A stretch of DNA of 59,671 nucleotides, the filler included. It is 6 parts of 6 records of this genome, joined end to end, with 100 filler letters (N's around TTAATTAATTAA, not from the genome) between each part and the next. Parts side by side here need not be neighbours in the genome. Positions count along the whole stretch, not along the records: positions 46,563 to 52,583 come from SRR31156797_2425; positions 52,684 to 59,671 come from SRR31156797_2434; 4 more parts are not named here. One strand, written 5' to 3'. The notes below the pieces were generated by a model. The model did not search any database. It was not told where the DNA came from and saw only the letters and a list, made by a program, of their open reading frames with translations. This document shows, one piece after another, positions 49,993-59,671 of this stretch. Each line of letters starts with the position of its first letter. Within the stretch, counting starts at the first letter, position 1. Both the position numbers and the translations under genes were made by a program.

Positions 49993-51627
49993 TTAACCCC
50001 TTGCTACTTTTGCAGGGTACCAATCCGCAAACCATTTAGTAAATGCTAACATCGATGCAAATGATATAATTTTACCAATAAGTATATATACAAAATTCAC
50101 TTCATTATCTACAGCTAAATACTCACTAAGTCCTATTATTAAATATACCAAACTCCAGGCAAATGTCAAAATTCTATTTGTTTTTATAAAAATAGGATTA
50201 TTGAACAACTCTGCTCCGTAATCATTAACTGAATAGTAAGCTGTTAACGGAATTTTAGTCGCACAGGATGCTCCCCAGATGACAGCTAATATTGTATAAC
50301 TTAAAGGTGAAATATTAGAAAGGTTTACTCCTGCCAGTATCGCTAAACTTAGCAAAGATACTGCTGTCATATTTATTTTATCATATATTGTTAATTTATA
50401 TTTATCAGAAAACAGATTTATTCCTGTAACCATTAATATTCCTCCTATAGCTGACAGGATTCCATTTACTGACCAATATGGTATCCAAGGTATAAATAAT
50501 AATCCCATATTAGTTTTTTTCTCACTACTTTTATTTTCTTCTTTGTTTACTTTTTTATTTTCATCACTACTTTGTGAACCGGCTCTAAAATGATTAGCAA
50601 AATCCATCATCAGAGAGAAATCACCATAAACTTTATATTTATTATCCATAATTGCCTGAGCAGCATCAACCTCCCCTCTGGATATTTGCTGCCATAATTC
50701 AAACGAAGTTTCTATCTTTGTATCATATTTTTCAAATTCATCTGTACTCAATTCACATCTGTCTTTAAAGAGTTTCAGTTGATATTTTTCCTCAATATCA
50801 GTAAAGTAAAATTCAAATATTATTCCTTCTCGTTTTAAGGATTTGGAATTATAAATAGTTGTCATAAGTTTCATAGGGAGTAAAGCTTTTGTTTTAGATT
50901 GAAGTAGAGAAGTACTTCCCTCCGCTTCCTGCATCTGCCAGCTGGTATTAGCCATCTCCAAAAATATTTCTGTTGGATAAAGTTTTTCTTCTAATTTGAT
51001 TCTTGTATCTTTACTGATTTTTTCTTCTAAAATATATTCTTCTCCAGCCTTAAAAACATGAGACAGATATTCATCCGTTCTTTTTTTTAGTTCCGGTACT
51101 GAAAAAAGCTCGCCTTCCGGAGTTAATATTTTCTCCAGTTTATCTTCAAATACTATATTAAACTGCTCTATTAATGCTTCATAATTATTATTCACAGAGT
51201 GAAAACCGCAAGTTGAAATAAGTATATATTTCTTATTACTCATATCATATCTTGATGGATGCTGGCCACTTCCATCTTCTGTCTTTTCTATATGTGGTAA
51301 ATTAAGTGGAAGCATTCTGTCCATAAATGCTTTTATTTTTGAAGGCATTCCAAAGTAATAAAGTGGAAAACTCCATATAATTACATCTGCTTCTAAATAC
51401 TGTTTTAGTAAACTCTCTACATCATCTTTAATAACACATTTACCAGGTGTTTTTCCCCAACATGCAAAACACCCTAAACAATGGTCAATTTTTAGCTCAG
51501 TTAAATTTACTACTGTAGTTTCAATTTTACTCTCTGCTTTTTTCATTCCATTCAAAAAAGAGTTAGTTAATTTCATTGTATTACTATTTTTTCCTCTGGG
51601 ACTACCATTTAGAACTAAAACATTCAT
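49993..51627 (-). CDS. Iron-sulfur flavoprotein/FMN reductase fused to SCP2 and a membrane domain
   Basis: NGSPRG..SNT, CLGCFACW...C...DD, FPLY; SCP2-like W..I..G..D...A....YKVYGDF; hydrophobic C-terminus. Confidence 0.8.
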   Translation of the reverse strand: MNVLVLNGSPRGKNSNTMKLTNSFLNGMKKAESKIETTVVNLTELKIDHCLGCFACWGKTPGKCVIKDDVESLLKQYLEADVIIWSFPLYYFGMPSKIKAFMDRMLPLNLPHIEKTEDGSGQHPSRYDMSNKKYILISTCGFHSVNNNYEALIEQFNIVFEDKLEKILTPEGELFSVPELKKRTDEYLSHVFKAGEEYILEEKISKDTRIKLEEKLYPTEIFLEMANTSWQMQEAEGSTSLLQSKTKALLPMKLMTTIYNSKSLKREGIIFEFYFTDIEEKYQLKLFKDRCELSTDEFEKYDTKIETSFELWQQISRGEVDAAQAIMDNKYKVYGDFSLMMDFANHFRAGSQSSDENKKVNKEENKSSEKKTNMGLLFIPWIPYWSVNGILSAIGGILMVTGINLFSDKYKLTIYDKINMTAVSLLSLAILAGVNLSNISPLSYTILAVIWGASCATKIPLTAYYSVNDYGAELFNNPIFIKTNRILTFAWSLVYLIIGLSEYLAVDNEVNFVYILIGKIISFASMLAFTKWFADWYPAKVARG

Positions 51628-51713
51628 ATTCTCTCCTCCTCATATAAATTTTGTTCTTCTCTTATATTCAGATTAATTATAGAGTATTTTTAATATTTTA
51701 ACTCTTATATGCT

Positions 51714-51743
51714 GGTATAATGATTGTTAATTTTGGTGAAATG
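51714..51743 (-). promoter_or_regulatory. Possible LytTR binding direct repeat
   Basis: Minus strand CATTTCACC-N12-CATTATACC upstream of a TATAAT. Confidence 0.45.
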
Positions 51744-52001
51744 CAATATTTAATTGCAAAAATCAACATAATTTATTATTCATCTAAAATATATAACTCA
51801 ACAAATAAGCATTGTAAACATTTGGCTTGTCCTATTCCAAACGGTATAGTACAAGTAATTGAAGTAGAGTGTGGGCTAGCTTTAGCTGCTGAAGTTCAGT
51901 TCAAAATTTCTAAATAAGTTTTTGCTTCACTTTTCATTTGTGATTTATTAGATAAAATAGTATAATCTAAAGAGTTTAATTAACAAGATGAGGTGAAGTA
52001 A

Positions 52002-52502
52002 ATGAAAAAAAAGATGAAAGATTTAAATACTAAGCAAAAAATTGAATATATTTATGATTATTATAAGTGGCATATAATTATTGCAATATTTGCAATCACT
52101 GCAGTATTCAGCATAACTAAAAGTATTTTGTCCCCGCCTAATCAAAATCTGTTAAACGTAATAGTTTATGGAAGAGATATAAATACAGATTTTCTTAGTG
52201 AAAAAAATAAAGAAACTCAAAGTCAATATGACAAAAAAGAGATCTATATTGATGGTTGGGATATTGCTGTTATTCCAAGTTTAGTTCAGAAACTACAAAT
52301 CTATATTTCAACCGGAGGAATTGATGTCCTTGTCACTGATGAAAAAACAGCAAAAGATATGATAGAATATGAGGTATTCAGAGAGTATTTTGAGATAGAG
52401 GGTAAATATTTTTATGATAATAAAAAAGCATTTGCCGGTATAATTTATACTAGTAAATCAAAAGAAGAAGCAAATGAAGTATTAGAACTATTAAAAAAGT
52501 AG
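52002..52502 (+). CDS. Membrane-anchored hypothetical protein (solute-binding-like fragment)
   Basis: KIEYIYDYYKWH plus TM; GIDVLV. Confidence 0.7.
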   Translation: MKKKMKDLNTKQKIEYIYDYYKWHIIIAIFAITAVFSITKSILSPPNQNLLNVIVYGRDINTDFLSEKNKETQSQYDKKEIYIDGWDIAVIPSLVQKLQIYISTGGIDVLVTDEKTAKDMIEYEVFREYFEIEGKYFYDNKKAFAGIIYTSKSKEEANEVLELLKK

Positions 52503-52563
52503 CTAGAATTTTTATACTCATTGGTATATGAATTTAAATGAAATTTTCTTAATATAAAAAACA

Positions 52564-52583
52564 GTAGGGGCGATTCATGAATC
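52564..52583 (+). repeat. GTAG-type REP element, cut by contig end
   Basis: GTAGGGGCGATTCATGAATC[GCCC expected]. Confidence 0.65.
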
Positions 52584-52683
52584 NNNNNNNNNNNNNNNNN
52601 NNNNNNNNNNNNNNNNNNNNNNNNNNNTTAATTAATTAANNNNNNNNNNNNNNNNNNNNNNNNNNNNNNNNNNNNNNNNNNNN
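52584..52683. other. Artificial contig linker
   Basis: N run with TTAATTAATTAA. Confidence 0.99.
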
Positions 52684-52829
52684 CGATAAACGTTGAATTC
52701 AGAATTATGCAAGAAACCTTGATAATGCTTCTTAGATGCCACCACACAGGTCAGGTGTTTTCTGTTTCTGTTCGAGATGAAAAGGATGGCTTTACAGGCA
52801 TTCTGAATCTTGATAGAAGTATTGGCTAA
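52684..52829 (+). CDS. 3' end of an unidentified gene
   Basis: Open frame INVEFRIMQETL...LDRSIG* from the contig start. Confidence 0.4.
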
Positions 52830-52897
52830 TAAACAGTGACCATCAGTTCACTGTGCCCGGTTTTCTTCTAAAATTTAAACTCAAAGGGCATTCTGCC

Positions 52898-55800
52898 ATG
52901 ACTCAAGCTGAAATAATAGATCTTACAAAAATTGCTCAAAGTTTTCCCGCCATTCCTGAACCAGAAATTTCAAGAGAAAATATTCTTGAAACTATTGACA
53001 CACTCTTTGACACTGGAAATCAAATTGCAATTGTTGAAGGTCGAGATGGTATTGGTAAAACTAATATTTTATCACAGTTTGTTAGAAAATACCCTGACAA
53101 TGCCTTTTCAATCTTCATAACTGCTAATTGTATTTGGGGTTATGATCCATATATCATTAAGCAGGATTTATTCGATCAAATAAGGGTAGCTATAGATTTT
53201 AACAATATTGGTGAGTCCGAACCTGTATCAGATTCCAATTTTGGGACGTGTATTTATAATTTAAGAAAAAAAGCTAAAATAGAAAATCAGATCTTCTACT
53301 TCGTTATTGATGGTTTATCCGATATCCCTAAAGACAGAGAAGATGTACAGCAGGAAATATTAAAATGGCTTCCACTTTCCTTTCGTAAGTTTCGTTTTTT
53401 ACTCTCTGGGGATTTATCTGAGAAAATAACAGGAAACTCTTTAAAAGATTTAAAGGTTAAAAGCTGCCCCCTTCCGGGATTTAGTTTGGGGGAAACTGTC
53501 CAATATTTCAGGGATTCAGAAAGCGCCCCCGCAGACATTGAAGAAATTCATAAAGTTTGTAAAGGAATTCCTGGATACATAGAAAGTATTCGTAGGATAA
53601 TCAAGGATGGGAAAAATGTTCAAACCTTGTTAGATGAGATGCCAGACCATTTGCCGAACTTATTTAAGTTGGAATGGGAAAAGGTGAAGGACAACGAAGA
53701 TCAACTTATTTTACTTGCCATTATCGCTTATGGTCGTTGGCAAAATACAGTTAAAGATCTATCAGAAATTTTGAGTACTGATTTTGAACTAGTCAACGAA
53801 ACGATAGAGAGTTTGCCCTTTATATCGATAGAAGGTAAAAATCATCATGTTACTTTTGTATCTGATGTATTTCGAAAATTCGCAATTTCTCAATTAAAAG
53901 GCTTCAAAAACCGAGCAAGTGAGATCCTTATAGATAGTTTGCTCAATAAAGGGGATAGCTATCTGTCATATAAATACCTTCCTATTCTTTATCAAGAGCT
54001 TGGAAAATCAGATGATCTTCTTAATTACCTTTCATCAGAACAAGCAGATAAATTAGTTGACCATTTTAAATCTATTTTACCTCTCCAACAAAAAGCTTTA
54101 ATGGGCGTAACAACAGCTTTAAAATTAAATCGTGCTGATGACTTAGTAAAATTTAGCATGCAAAGTTCTGCTTTAAAAAGTTTATGGGAAACTAAAATTT
54201 TGCATTCTGAAATCGAAGCTTTAATGGCATTAGATAAGTATGATAAGGCCATAGCCTTAGCTAACAGTAATGTTATCTATGAAGAAAAGCTCCAGCTACT
54301 GTGTTTAATAGCTAAATCAAAATCCGAGCAAGGGTTATCTGCTGATGAAGATTTAATTGAACAGATAAAAGAGCTTTATGCCAAAATAAATATTGAAGTT
54401 TTAGGTGACGAAGCAATAGAAATTGCATCGAATTTAATTTATTCGGTACCAGAATTAGCCATCGATTTAGTAGAAAAAACGACTAATAACTCTTCTAAAA
54501 CCAAAGGTGCCGATTGGGGATTTAGAAAATTATCTTTTGCAGTTTTAAATGATTCAAGCACAAAGAAAATTAAATTTGATGCTATCGAGAACATTAAAAG
54601 AAATGTTACTGACCCTAACTTAAAAAACTTTTCTACAGGTTTAGCCTTACTATTAGGAGAATATTCTTCACAAAAGGTCATTTCAGAAAGTCAAAAAATG
54701 CAAGGGCCTGAAGAGCAGTTATCATTATTACGTGCCTGGACAAAAGAAAATCTACATAAGGATGATGCATTAGAGGTAATCGAACACGCCCTAACTTTAA
54801 TTCTTAAATCTACAAGGCTATCTCCAACGGCTAGAGTCTTATCCGAATTATCAATGCCCCTTCCTAATATGAAAAATGCAATTAAGATAAAATTGCTTGT
54901 TGGAAGGTTTGACACATTTATTGACACAGCCAAAAAATTAGGCCCAACTAAGGACTATGTAAATTTACAGTTGATATTAGCGGATGCGGAATCGAAATAT
55001 GATTTTGTAAATGCTGGCAGTAGGATAAAAGAGGTCTATTCCTATGTAGGAGAAATTAACGATATTCTTTTAAAAACTGAGTGTTTGATCGGCATAATGG
55101 TCGCTCTTAAAAAAATTGATAATTTAATGGTTATAGACAATGAATATAAAATTCATTCTTTAATTCAAAAAGAGTTAGACCCACAAATTGAGAATTTGTT
55201 AAAAAATACAGCGGACCACTATGAAACCTCCAAAGATATTATAAATTCGCTTACCAAATCTGACCCAGATCGGGCAATAGCTCTCGCAGAGAACCTCAAT
55301 ACTGAAGACCGTAGAGACCACGCCCTATTCGAATTTATAAATTCCGCTCTTGAAAGACCCGAATCAAAAATAAACTTGGATTCGATAAAAAAAGCGTTAT
55401 CAAAAATACAAGATAAAGAAGTTATCGACTTGAGCATCGGAGAAATAATAGAACGCTTTGCTAAATTCGACAACAATCAACTAAATAGGTCTTTATTACC
55501 CTTAATAAATGAAGCTCAAAAAATATCTAATTCGATCAATAAGTGTAAAACCCTTTCGTATAGCTATATTCTTCTAAAAAACGATGTAACAGGAAAATTT
55601 GAGAGTTTATCCGAAAGAGTATTAAAAGTTCTACGAATCTCTTGGGAATCCATTGATATAGAGTGGGAACAAATAGACACAGGCTTTAAGATAGTAAAAA
55701 CACTTGCATCATCATCAATGGAATTATCTCAGCAATTCCTATCAAAAATTGAAGAAAAAAGAAAAAGCATAATTATCGACTCTGGGGCTGTTGCCGTTTC

Positions 55801-57841
55801 ATATATTAATTTTGTTCGATTAGCAATTAGAAGTCTCTCTGGGTTAATGGCTAAAAATTTGGTTTCCTCAGATGACATAGAAGAATTGCGTGACTTAATT
55901 GAACAAATAGCCTCACGTGTAGTTAGATCAAATTTATGGTCCAGATTAGCTATTAGATATTATATTAATGGTGATAAAAATAATTGTGAAAAAATAATAA
56001 TAGAACATGTAAAACCACTCCTTCAAAAACTCCTGAAAGAGAATTCTGATGACAAAATTCATGCAATAATTGATTGTGCTCCGTCATTGCACTGCGCACA
56101 TAAAAATTCTGCTTTTGAAATGATTGAATACTTACCACCGTTTGAGAAAGATTATGCCTACTATAAAATCTGTGAATTTATAATTCGAAACCACCCCCTG
56201 TCAGACCCATTTGATAACTCAACAAACTCTATGACTCCAATAAGTTATGAGAAGCTTTTAGATCTTTGTGAAATTATAAATAGAATGAAACATGACTCTC
56301 TTATTTATGGAATCATTGATAGTATATCCGATAATATTAAAACAAGAAAAAAGTGGAAGGTTTTATCAGAAGACCAACTTAAAGATATCTCAAAAAAAAT
56401 TATTGATGTCATAACAAGTAAATTCCCTAATCCGAATTATATTCAGCATGATGGTTATAAAATTATTTCGAAGGCCCAAATTTTAAGTATTAATAAAGGT
56501 AGCAAAGAGGGCGATTGGAAAAATCTCATCCAAGAAGCCCTGAAAATACCCAACTTGGCAGACAAATCCCACGTTTTGCTGATTATTTCAGTCCTCCGTC
56601 CATCAAAATATAATGCAGATAGACAAACTTTGATTCAGCAATGTATCGAAATTGCAAACTCAATTCCTTCAAGCGTTGAAAAGATAGAGCATTTTGAAGG
56701 TATCGCTTCAAAGATTATGGATATTGAGTCAACCCTGGGCAAAGAATGTCTGAAAGTTGCTATGGAAGAATCATTGCGCAGTGATAACCATGAGTATGCT
56801 ACAGCTCAACAAAAATTAGTTGATATAGCATATAGATATGATCATGATTTTGCAAATTCATTAGCTTCATTAGCAGACGAAGATCCTGGAAGAATAATGG
56901 CCAGAACAAATATTAATAAAAGACTTAATCGTTTGGAACTAAAGAAAAAGCTGATTGAGGCTTCGAAAGAAGTAACTCTTGAAAGTGATAGAGTCAGAGA
57001 TTATCCCAATGCGGCATGGATGCGTTTAGGTTCTTTAAACTCAAATAGAATTGAATCTGTACATATAAATGACACATATAGACTATCAGAAATTGCCGCT
57101 TTTCTACCAATAACTGACGCCTATCCAATATTCTCGTACACTATAGAAAATGCAATCAAAAGATATTCTAAAACGGATCAAGCGGGTACGTATTTTAGGC
57201 CAATGTATAAAGCCGCATCTACCGCTGCAATATTATCACTTAAGCTTGCTCAGAAATCTCTTAAGCACAGGGAAATTCCATTAGCATGCACAATAAGAAA
57301 ATGTGGATCAGATAATATTATTATTCGTTCAGGTGAAAGAGAAAAAGCAGAACTATTCATTCAAAATTGGTTTGAAAAGAACGTAAAAACCTATTTAAAA
57401 ATATGTGATCCTTATTTTGGTCCAGACGAATTGGATTTAATCAAGTTGTTTTCGAGCATAAACCCAAATGCAGAAATTTTTGTTCTCACAAGCAAAAAAC
57501 ATCAGAATCAAGAGTCTATTAAAGGGTCTCTCGAGGAATACTATCGAAAAAAGTGGAAGCAAGATATTTCTGATAATGATCCTATTTATACAGATTTCGT
57601 AATTGTTGGAACTAAGGGGAGTGGAGATCTTCCAATACACGACAGATGGTGGCTAACTGACAACGGAGGCTTGCGCTTTGGTTCTTCCTATAATGGTATT
57701 GGCTTAAAGAAGGATTCAGAAATTTCAATATTAAATCACCAGGAATCAGTAAAGTTTGAATCCGAAATTGACAAGTACCTGAATAACTCTAAAAGAGAAC
57801 ATCAAGGAGAAAGGTTGCTCTATACAAGATTCAATCTATAA
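52898..57841 (+). CDS. STAND-like ATPase with long helical-repeat region and C-terminal PLD-like domain
   Basis: Walker A GRDGIGKT, Walker B FYFVIDG, GIP motif; C-terminal ICDPYF...IHDRWW...FGSSYNGIG.K. Confidence 0.75.
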   Translation: MTQAEIIDLTKIAQSFPAIPEPEISRENILETIDTLFDTGNQIAIVEGRDGIGKTNILSQFVRKYPDNAFSIFITANCIWGYDPYIIKQDLFDQIRVAIDFNNIGESEPVSDSNFGTCIYNLRKKAKIENQIFYFVIDGLSDIPKDREDVQQEILKWLPLSFRKFRFLLSGDLSEKITGNSLKDLKVKSCPLPGFSLGETVQYFRDSESAPADIEEIHKVCKGIPGYIESIRRIIKDGKNVQTLLDEMPDHLPNLFKLEWEKVKDNEDQLILLAIIAYGRWQNTVKDLSEILSTDFELVNETIESLPFISIEGKNHHVTFVSDVFRKFAISQLKGFKNRASEILIDSLLNKGDSYLSYKYLPILYQELGKSDDLLNYLSSEQADKLVDHFKSILPLQQKALMGVTTALKLNRADDLVKFSMQSSALKSLWETKILHSEIEALMALDKYDKAIALANSNVIYEEKLQLLCLIAKSKSEQGLSADEDLIEQIKELYAKINIEVLGDEAIEIASNLIYSVPELAIDLVEKTTNNSSKTKGADWGFRKLSFAVLNDSSTKKIKFDAIENIKRNVTDPNLKNFSTGLALLLGEYSSQKVISESQKMQGPEEQLSLLRAWTKENLHKDDALEVIEHALTLILKSTRLSPTARVLSELSMPLPNMKNAIKIKLLVGRFDTFIDTAKKLGPTKDYVNLQLILADAESKYDFVNAGSRIKEVYSYVGEINDILLKTECLIGIMVALKKIDNLMVIDNEYKIHSLIQKELDPQIENLLKNTADHYETSKDIINSLTKSDPDRAIALAENLNTEDRRDHALFEFINSALERPESKINLDSIKKALSKIQDKEVIDLSIGEIIERFAKFDNNQLNRSLLPLINEAQKISNSINKCKTLSYSYILLKNDVTGKFESLSERVLKVLRISWESIDIEWEQIDTGFKIVKTLASSSMELSQQFLSKIEEKRKSIIIDSGAVAVSYINFVRLAIRSLSGLMAKNLVSSDDIEELRDLIEQIASRVVRSNLWSRLAIRYYINGDKNNCEKIIIEHVKPLLQKLLKENSDDKIHAIIDCAPSLHCAHKNSAFEMIEYLPPFEKDYAYYKICEFIIRNHPLSDPFDNSTNSMTPISYEKLLDLCEIINRMKHDSLIYGIIDSISDNIKTRKKWKVLSEDQLKDISKKIIDVITSKFPNPNYIQHDGYKIISKAQILSINKGSKEGDWKNLIQEALKIPNLADKSHVLLIISVLRPSKYNADRQTLIQQCIEIANSIPSSVEKIEHFEGIASKIMDIESTLGKECLKVAMEESLRSDNHEYATAQQKLVDIAYRYDHDFANSLASLADEDPGRIMARTNINKRLNRLELKKKLIEASKEVTLESDRVRDYPNAAWMRLGSLNSNRIESVHINDTYRLSEIAAFLPITDAYPIFSYTIENAIKRYSKTDQAGTYFRPMYKAASTAAILSLKLAQKSLKHREIPLACTIRKCGSDNIIIRSGEREKAELFIQNWFEKNVKTYLKICDPYFGPDELDLIKLFSSINPNAEIFVLTSKKHQNQESIKGSLEEYYRKKWKQDISDNDPIYTDFVIVGTKGSGDLPIHDRWWLTDNGGLRFGSSYNGIGLKKDSEISILNHQESVKFESEIDKYLNNSKREHQGERLLYTRFNL

Positions 57842-58173
57842 TTCTAATCAAGGATTATACTATCTTTGATCCAGAGGAAATTAAACAGGGCATAGTCTTG
57901 ATTTTTGGGCAGCATGCTAAAAAGATGGCTACATACCATATGTTGTGGTTTGGATCAGGAGAAAAAGCGACAGCTAATACCATCATTGGTCGCTTCTGCT
58001 TTGCTAACTTATCTTGCGTATGGGTTTGATTTATTAGGATTTTTCGAATACAAACTGTAAATAACTTTGAACTCTTTTTTTATACTTTAACTTAGAGTAT
58101 TCGTTATTAAGTGAGATGAAATTGTTTTAGTTTGTTGATTAAAATCTCCATTCTCAATGAATAGGTGAAAAAA

Positions 58174-59671
58174 ATGCACGAAAGCTCATTAAACAACTTT
58201 ATGAAATCGGGCCTCAGTGTTGCCTTAGAAGGAATACCTTATGCTGGAAGGATTTTTGCTGTTCTAAATGAAATGGAGAATCAAAAAAAAATTGGGCAAT
58301 TGGAAAAAATATCTATATCAAACTCCAGTGAGCTAAATACAATTTACAGAGCACTATATACCATTGAAAAAAGAACAGAAAATATTGAAGATACAGTCAG
58401 AGACTTGAAGGAATATAGCGAATCCAATGATTTTGTTATGCTACCTCAATTATTACATGGCGACCCTTCTTTTGAGAGTTTCTGGCGTAGTCCATCACAA
58501 TTTGGTGGGATAAAAGAACTATTGATAGAAGCGCAAATGAAACCGGATTGTTTTTCTTTTCTGAAAAATGATTTAAACAATCAAAAGTGGATATATCATA
58601 TTCCAATATATACATTTGGTTTGCTTTTAAAAAACAAGTTAGCAGGATTTCAAAAACATCCCAACATAATTGAATATGATAAAATATCAGGAACTTATTG
58701 GGTAAAGAATGAATTGGAAAAAGCACAAGAGGAATTGAACCAGGCAGAGAAATTTGTTCAACTCGATAATTTCTCAAAAAGTGGCACTAAAACATTTTCT
58801 GTAGCGGGATTACACGCTGATAAGCCCCCAAATGACAAGACGGGTAATCAAGGAACTCTCTATCAGTCTGATGGGAGTATATACGTAGGTCAATCCAAGA
58901 ATGGTAAAGCAAGCGGTCGAGGAACTGTCTACAAGAAGGACGGCACTATTTATGTCGGTCAATTTCATAAGAATAAAGCGAACGGTGACGGGACGTTATA
59001 CGATAATGGTGGAACTATAATTTACGAGGGCGAAATTAAAGACGATAAATTTCACGGACAAGGCACAGCCTACTACAATGATCGAATTAGATATTCAGGA
59101 CAATATAAAGACAATGAATTTTATGGTCAAGGGACTTACTACTATAATGATGGAGCCAAATATGTAGGACAATTCAAAGATGGGAAAATGAGCGGCCAAG
59201 GTAGTTTTTACAAGCCTGATGGTACCGCTTCATATAACGGTTTGTTTTTAGGGAGCGAAAAGAATAAAGAAGGTACCTACTACCAAAATGATGGGACTAT
59301 TTATAAAGGCCAGATTCAAAATGATGAACCAAACGGTAAAGGTTCTCTTTATTATGATGATAGCACTATTTTTGAAGGTCAATTCAAAAATGGGAAACCG
59401 AACGGTCGAGGTCGTTTTTACAAAGCTCATGAAGCTACTTCATGTAAAAGTTTATTTGAGACTCTACATGGTAAAGGAGAAGATAAAACAAAATACGTCT
59501 ACAATCATAAAGGCAAGTATTTAGCCCAATTTTCAGCAGTTAGAAAAGGACAGGGTATTTTTGACAAGCTTAATCGAACTATTCTATACGAGGGCAAAGT
59601 TAAAGAAGGAGAACCTCATGGTCAAGGAACTTACTACTTTAATGATGGAGTCAAATATGTAGGGCAATTCA
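58174..59671 (+). CDS. MORN-repeat protein, runs off the window (absent from the ORF track)
   Basis: Open frame from the ATG at 58174 to the window end; repeated YVGQFKDGKMSGQG / YEGEIKDDKFHGQGT units from about 58850. Confidence 0.88.
   Translation, partial: MHESSLNNFMKSGLSVALEGIPYAGRIFAVLNEMENQKKIGQLEKISISNSSELNTIYRALYTIEKRTENIEDTVRDLKEYSESNDFVMLPQLLHGDPSFESFWRSPSQFGGIKELLIEAQMKPDCFSFLKNDLNNQKWIYHIPIYTFGLLLKNKLAGFQKHPNIIEYDKISGTYWVKNELEKAQEELNQAEKFVQLDNFSKSGTKTFSVAGLHADKPPNDKTGNQGTLYQSDGSIYVGQSKNGKASGRGTVYKKDGTIYVGQFHKNKANGDGTLYDNGGTIIYEGEIKDDKFHGQGTAYYNDRIRYSGQYKDNEFYGQGTYYYNDGAKYVGQFKDGKMSGQGSFYKPDGTASYNGLFLGSEKNKEGTYYQNDGTIYKGQIQNDEPNGKGSLYYDDSTIFEGQFKNGKPNGRGRFYKAHEATSCKSLFETLHGKGEDKTKYVYNHKGKYLAQFSAVRKGQGIFDKLNRTILYEGKVKEGEPHGQGTYYFNDGVKYVGQF

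Noticed and set aside
6424-52683. Five identical N/TTAATTAATTAA blocks and apparent gene neighbourhoods across them
   Set aside because: These are assembly linkers; the flanking contigs come from different organisms, so cross-linker synteny and the X-tailed ORFs mean nothing.
57860-58050. GC-richer patch with an AGCGAC/GTCGCT stem after the STAND gene, as an attC or IS remnant
   Set aside because: No convincing RYYYAAC...GTTRRRY pairing, terminal inverted repeats or transposase homology could be seen.
1054-59524. Many 60-180 aa ORFs overlapping longer genes (e.g. 4633-5187, 5554-5940, 49601-49954, 58436-58777, 59288-59524)
   Set aside because: They are antisense or off-frame shadows of well-supported CDSs, with no recognisable motifs.

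Overview
This window is not one locus. It is six contigs joined by 100-nt N linkers that carry the TTAATTAATTAA all-frame-stop spacer. (1) 1-6423 and (2) 6524-19851 are AT-rich, Arcobacter-like (Campylobacterota) chromosomal DNA: gatB, gpsA, trxA, an MCP, ruvA, ddl, murF, HIT, DadA-like and the rpsJ start. They also carry an inserted 1096-aa helical protein with a C-terminal nuclease-like motif and a homopolymer-frameshifted oxidoreductase. (3) 19952-25024 is Bacteroidota-like DNA: GT2, two barrel-less TonB-plug proteins and a GH95. (4) 25125-46462 is a complete circular ~21.3-kb plasmid, Fusobacteriota-like, whose 30-bp terminal overlap rejoins a BpmI/Eco57I-type RM gene. It has iterons with Rep/ParA/ParB-like genes, a resolvase with res site and a nuclease cluster. 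It also has an unexplained module, in order: CIRCE-controlled promoter, array of covarying GRAGAW-loop hairpins, ParB-like paralogue, G.U-rich long stems, RepL-like gene, and a ~370-nt highly structured non-coding region. (5) 46563-52583 is low-GC DNA with GtrA/ArnT, a LytTR-only regulator module and a REP. (6) 52684-59671 holds a ~1650-aa STAND-like ATPase with a C-terminal PLD-like domain and a MORN-repeat protein that runs off the window. Taxonomic and family calls come from motif recognition only; no searches were run.
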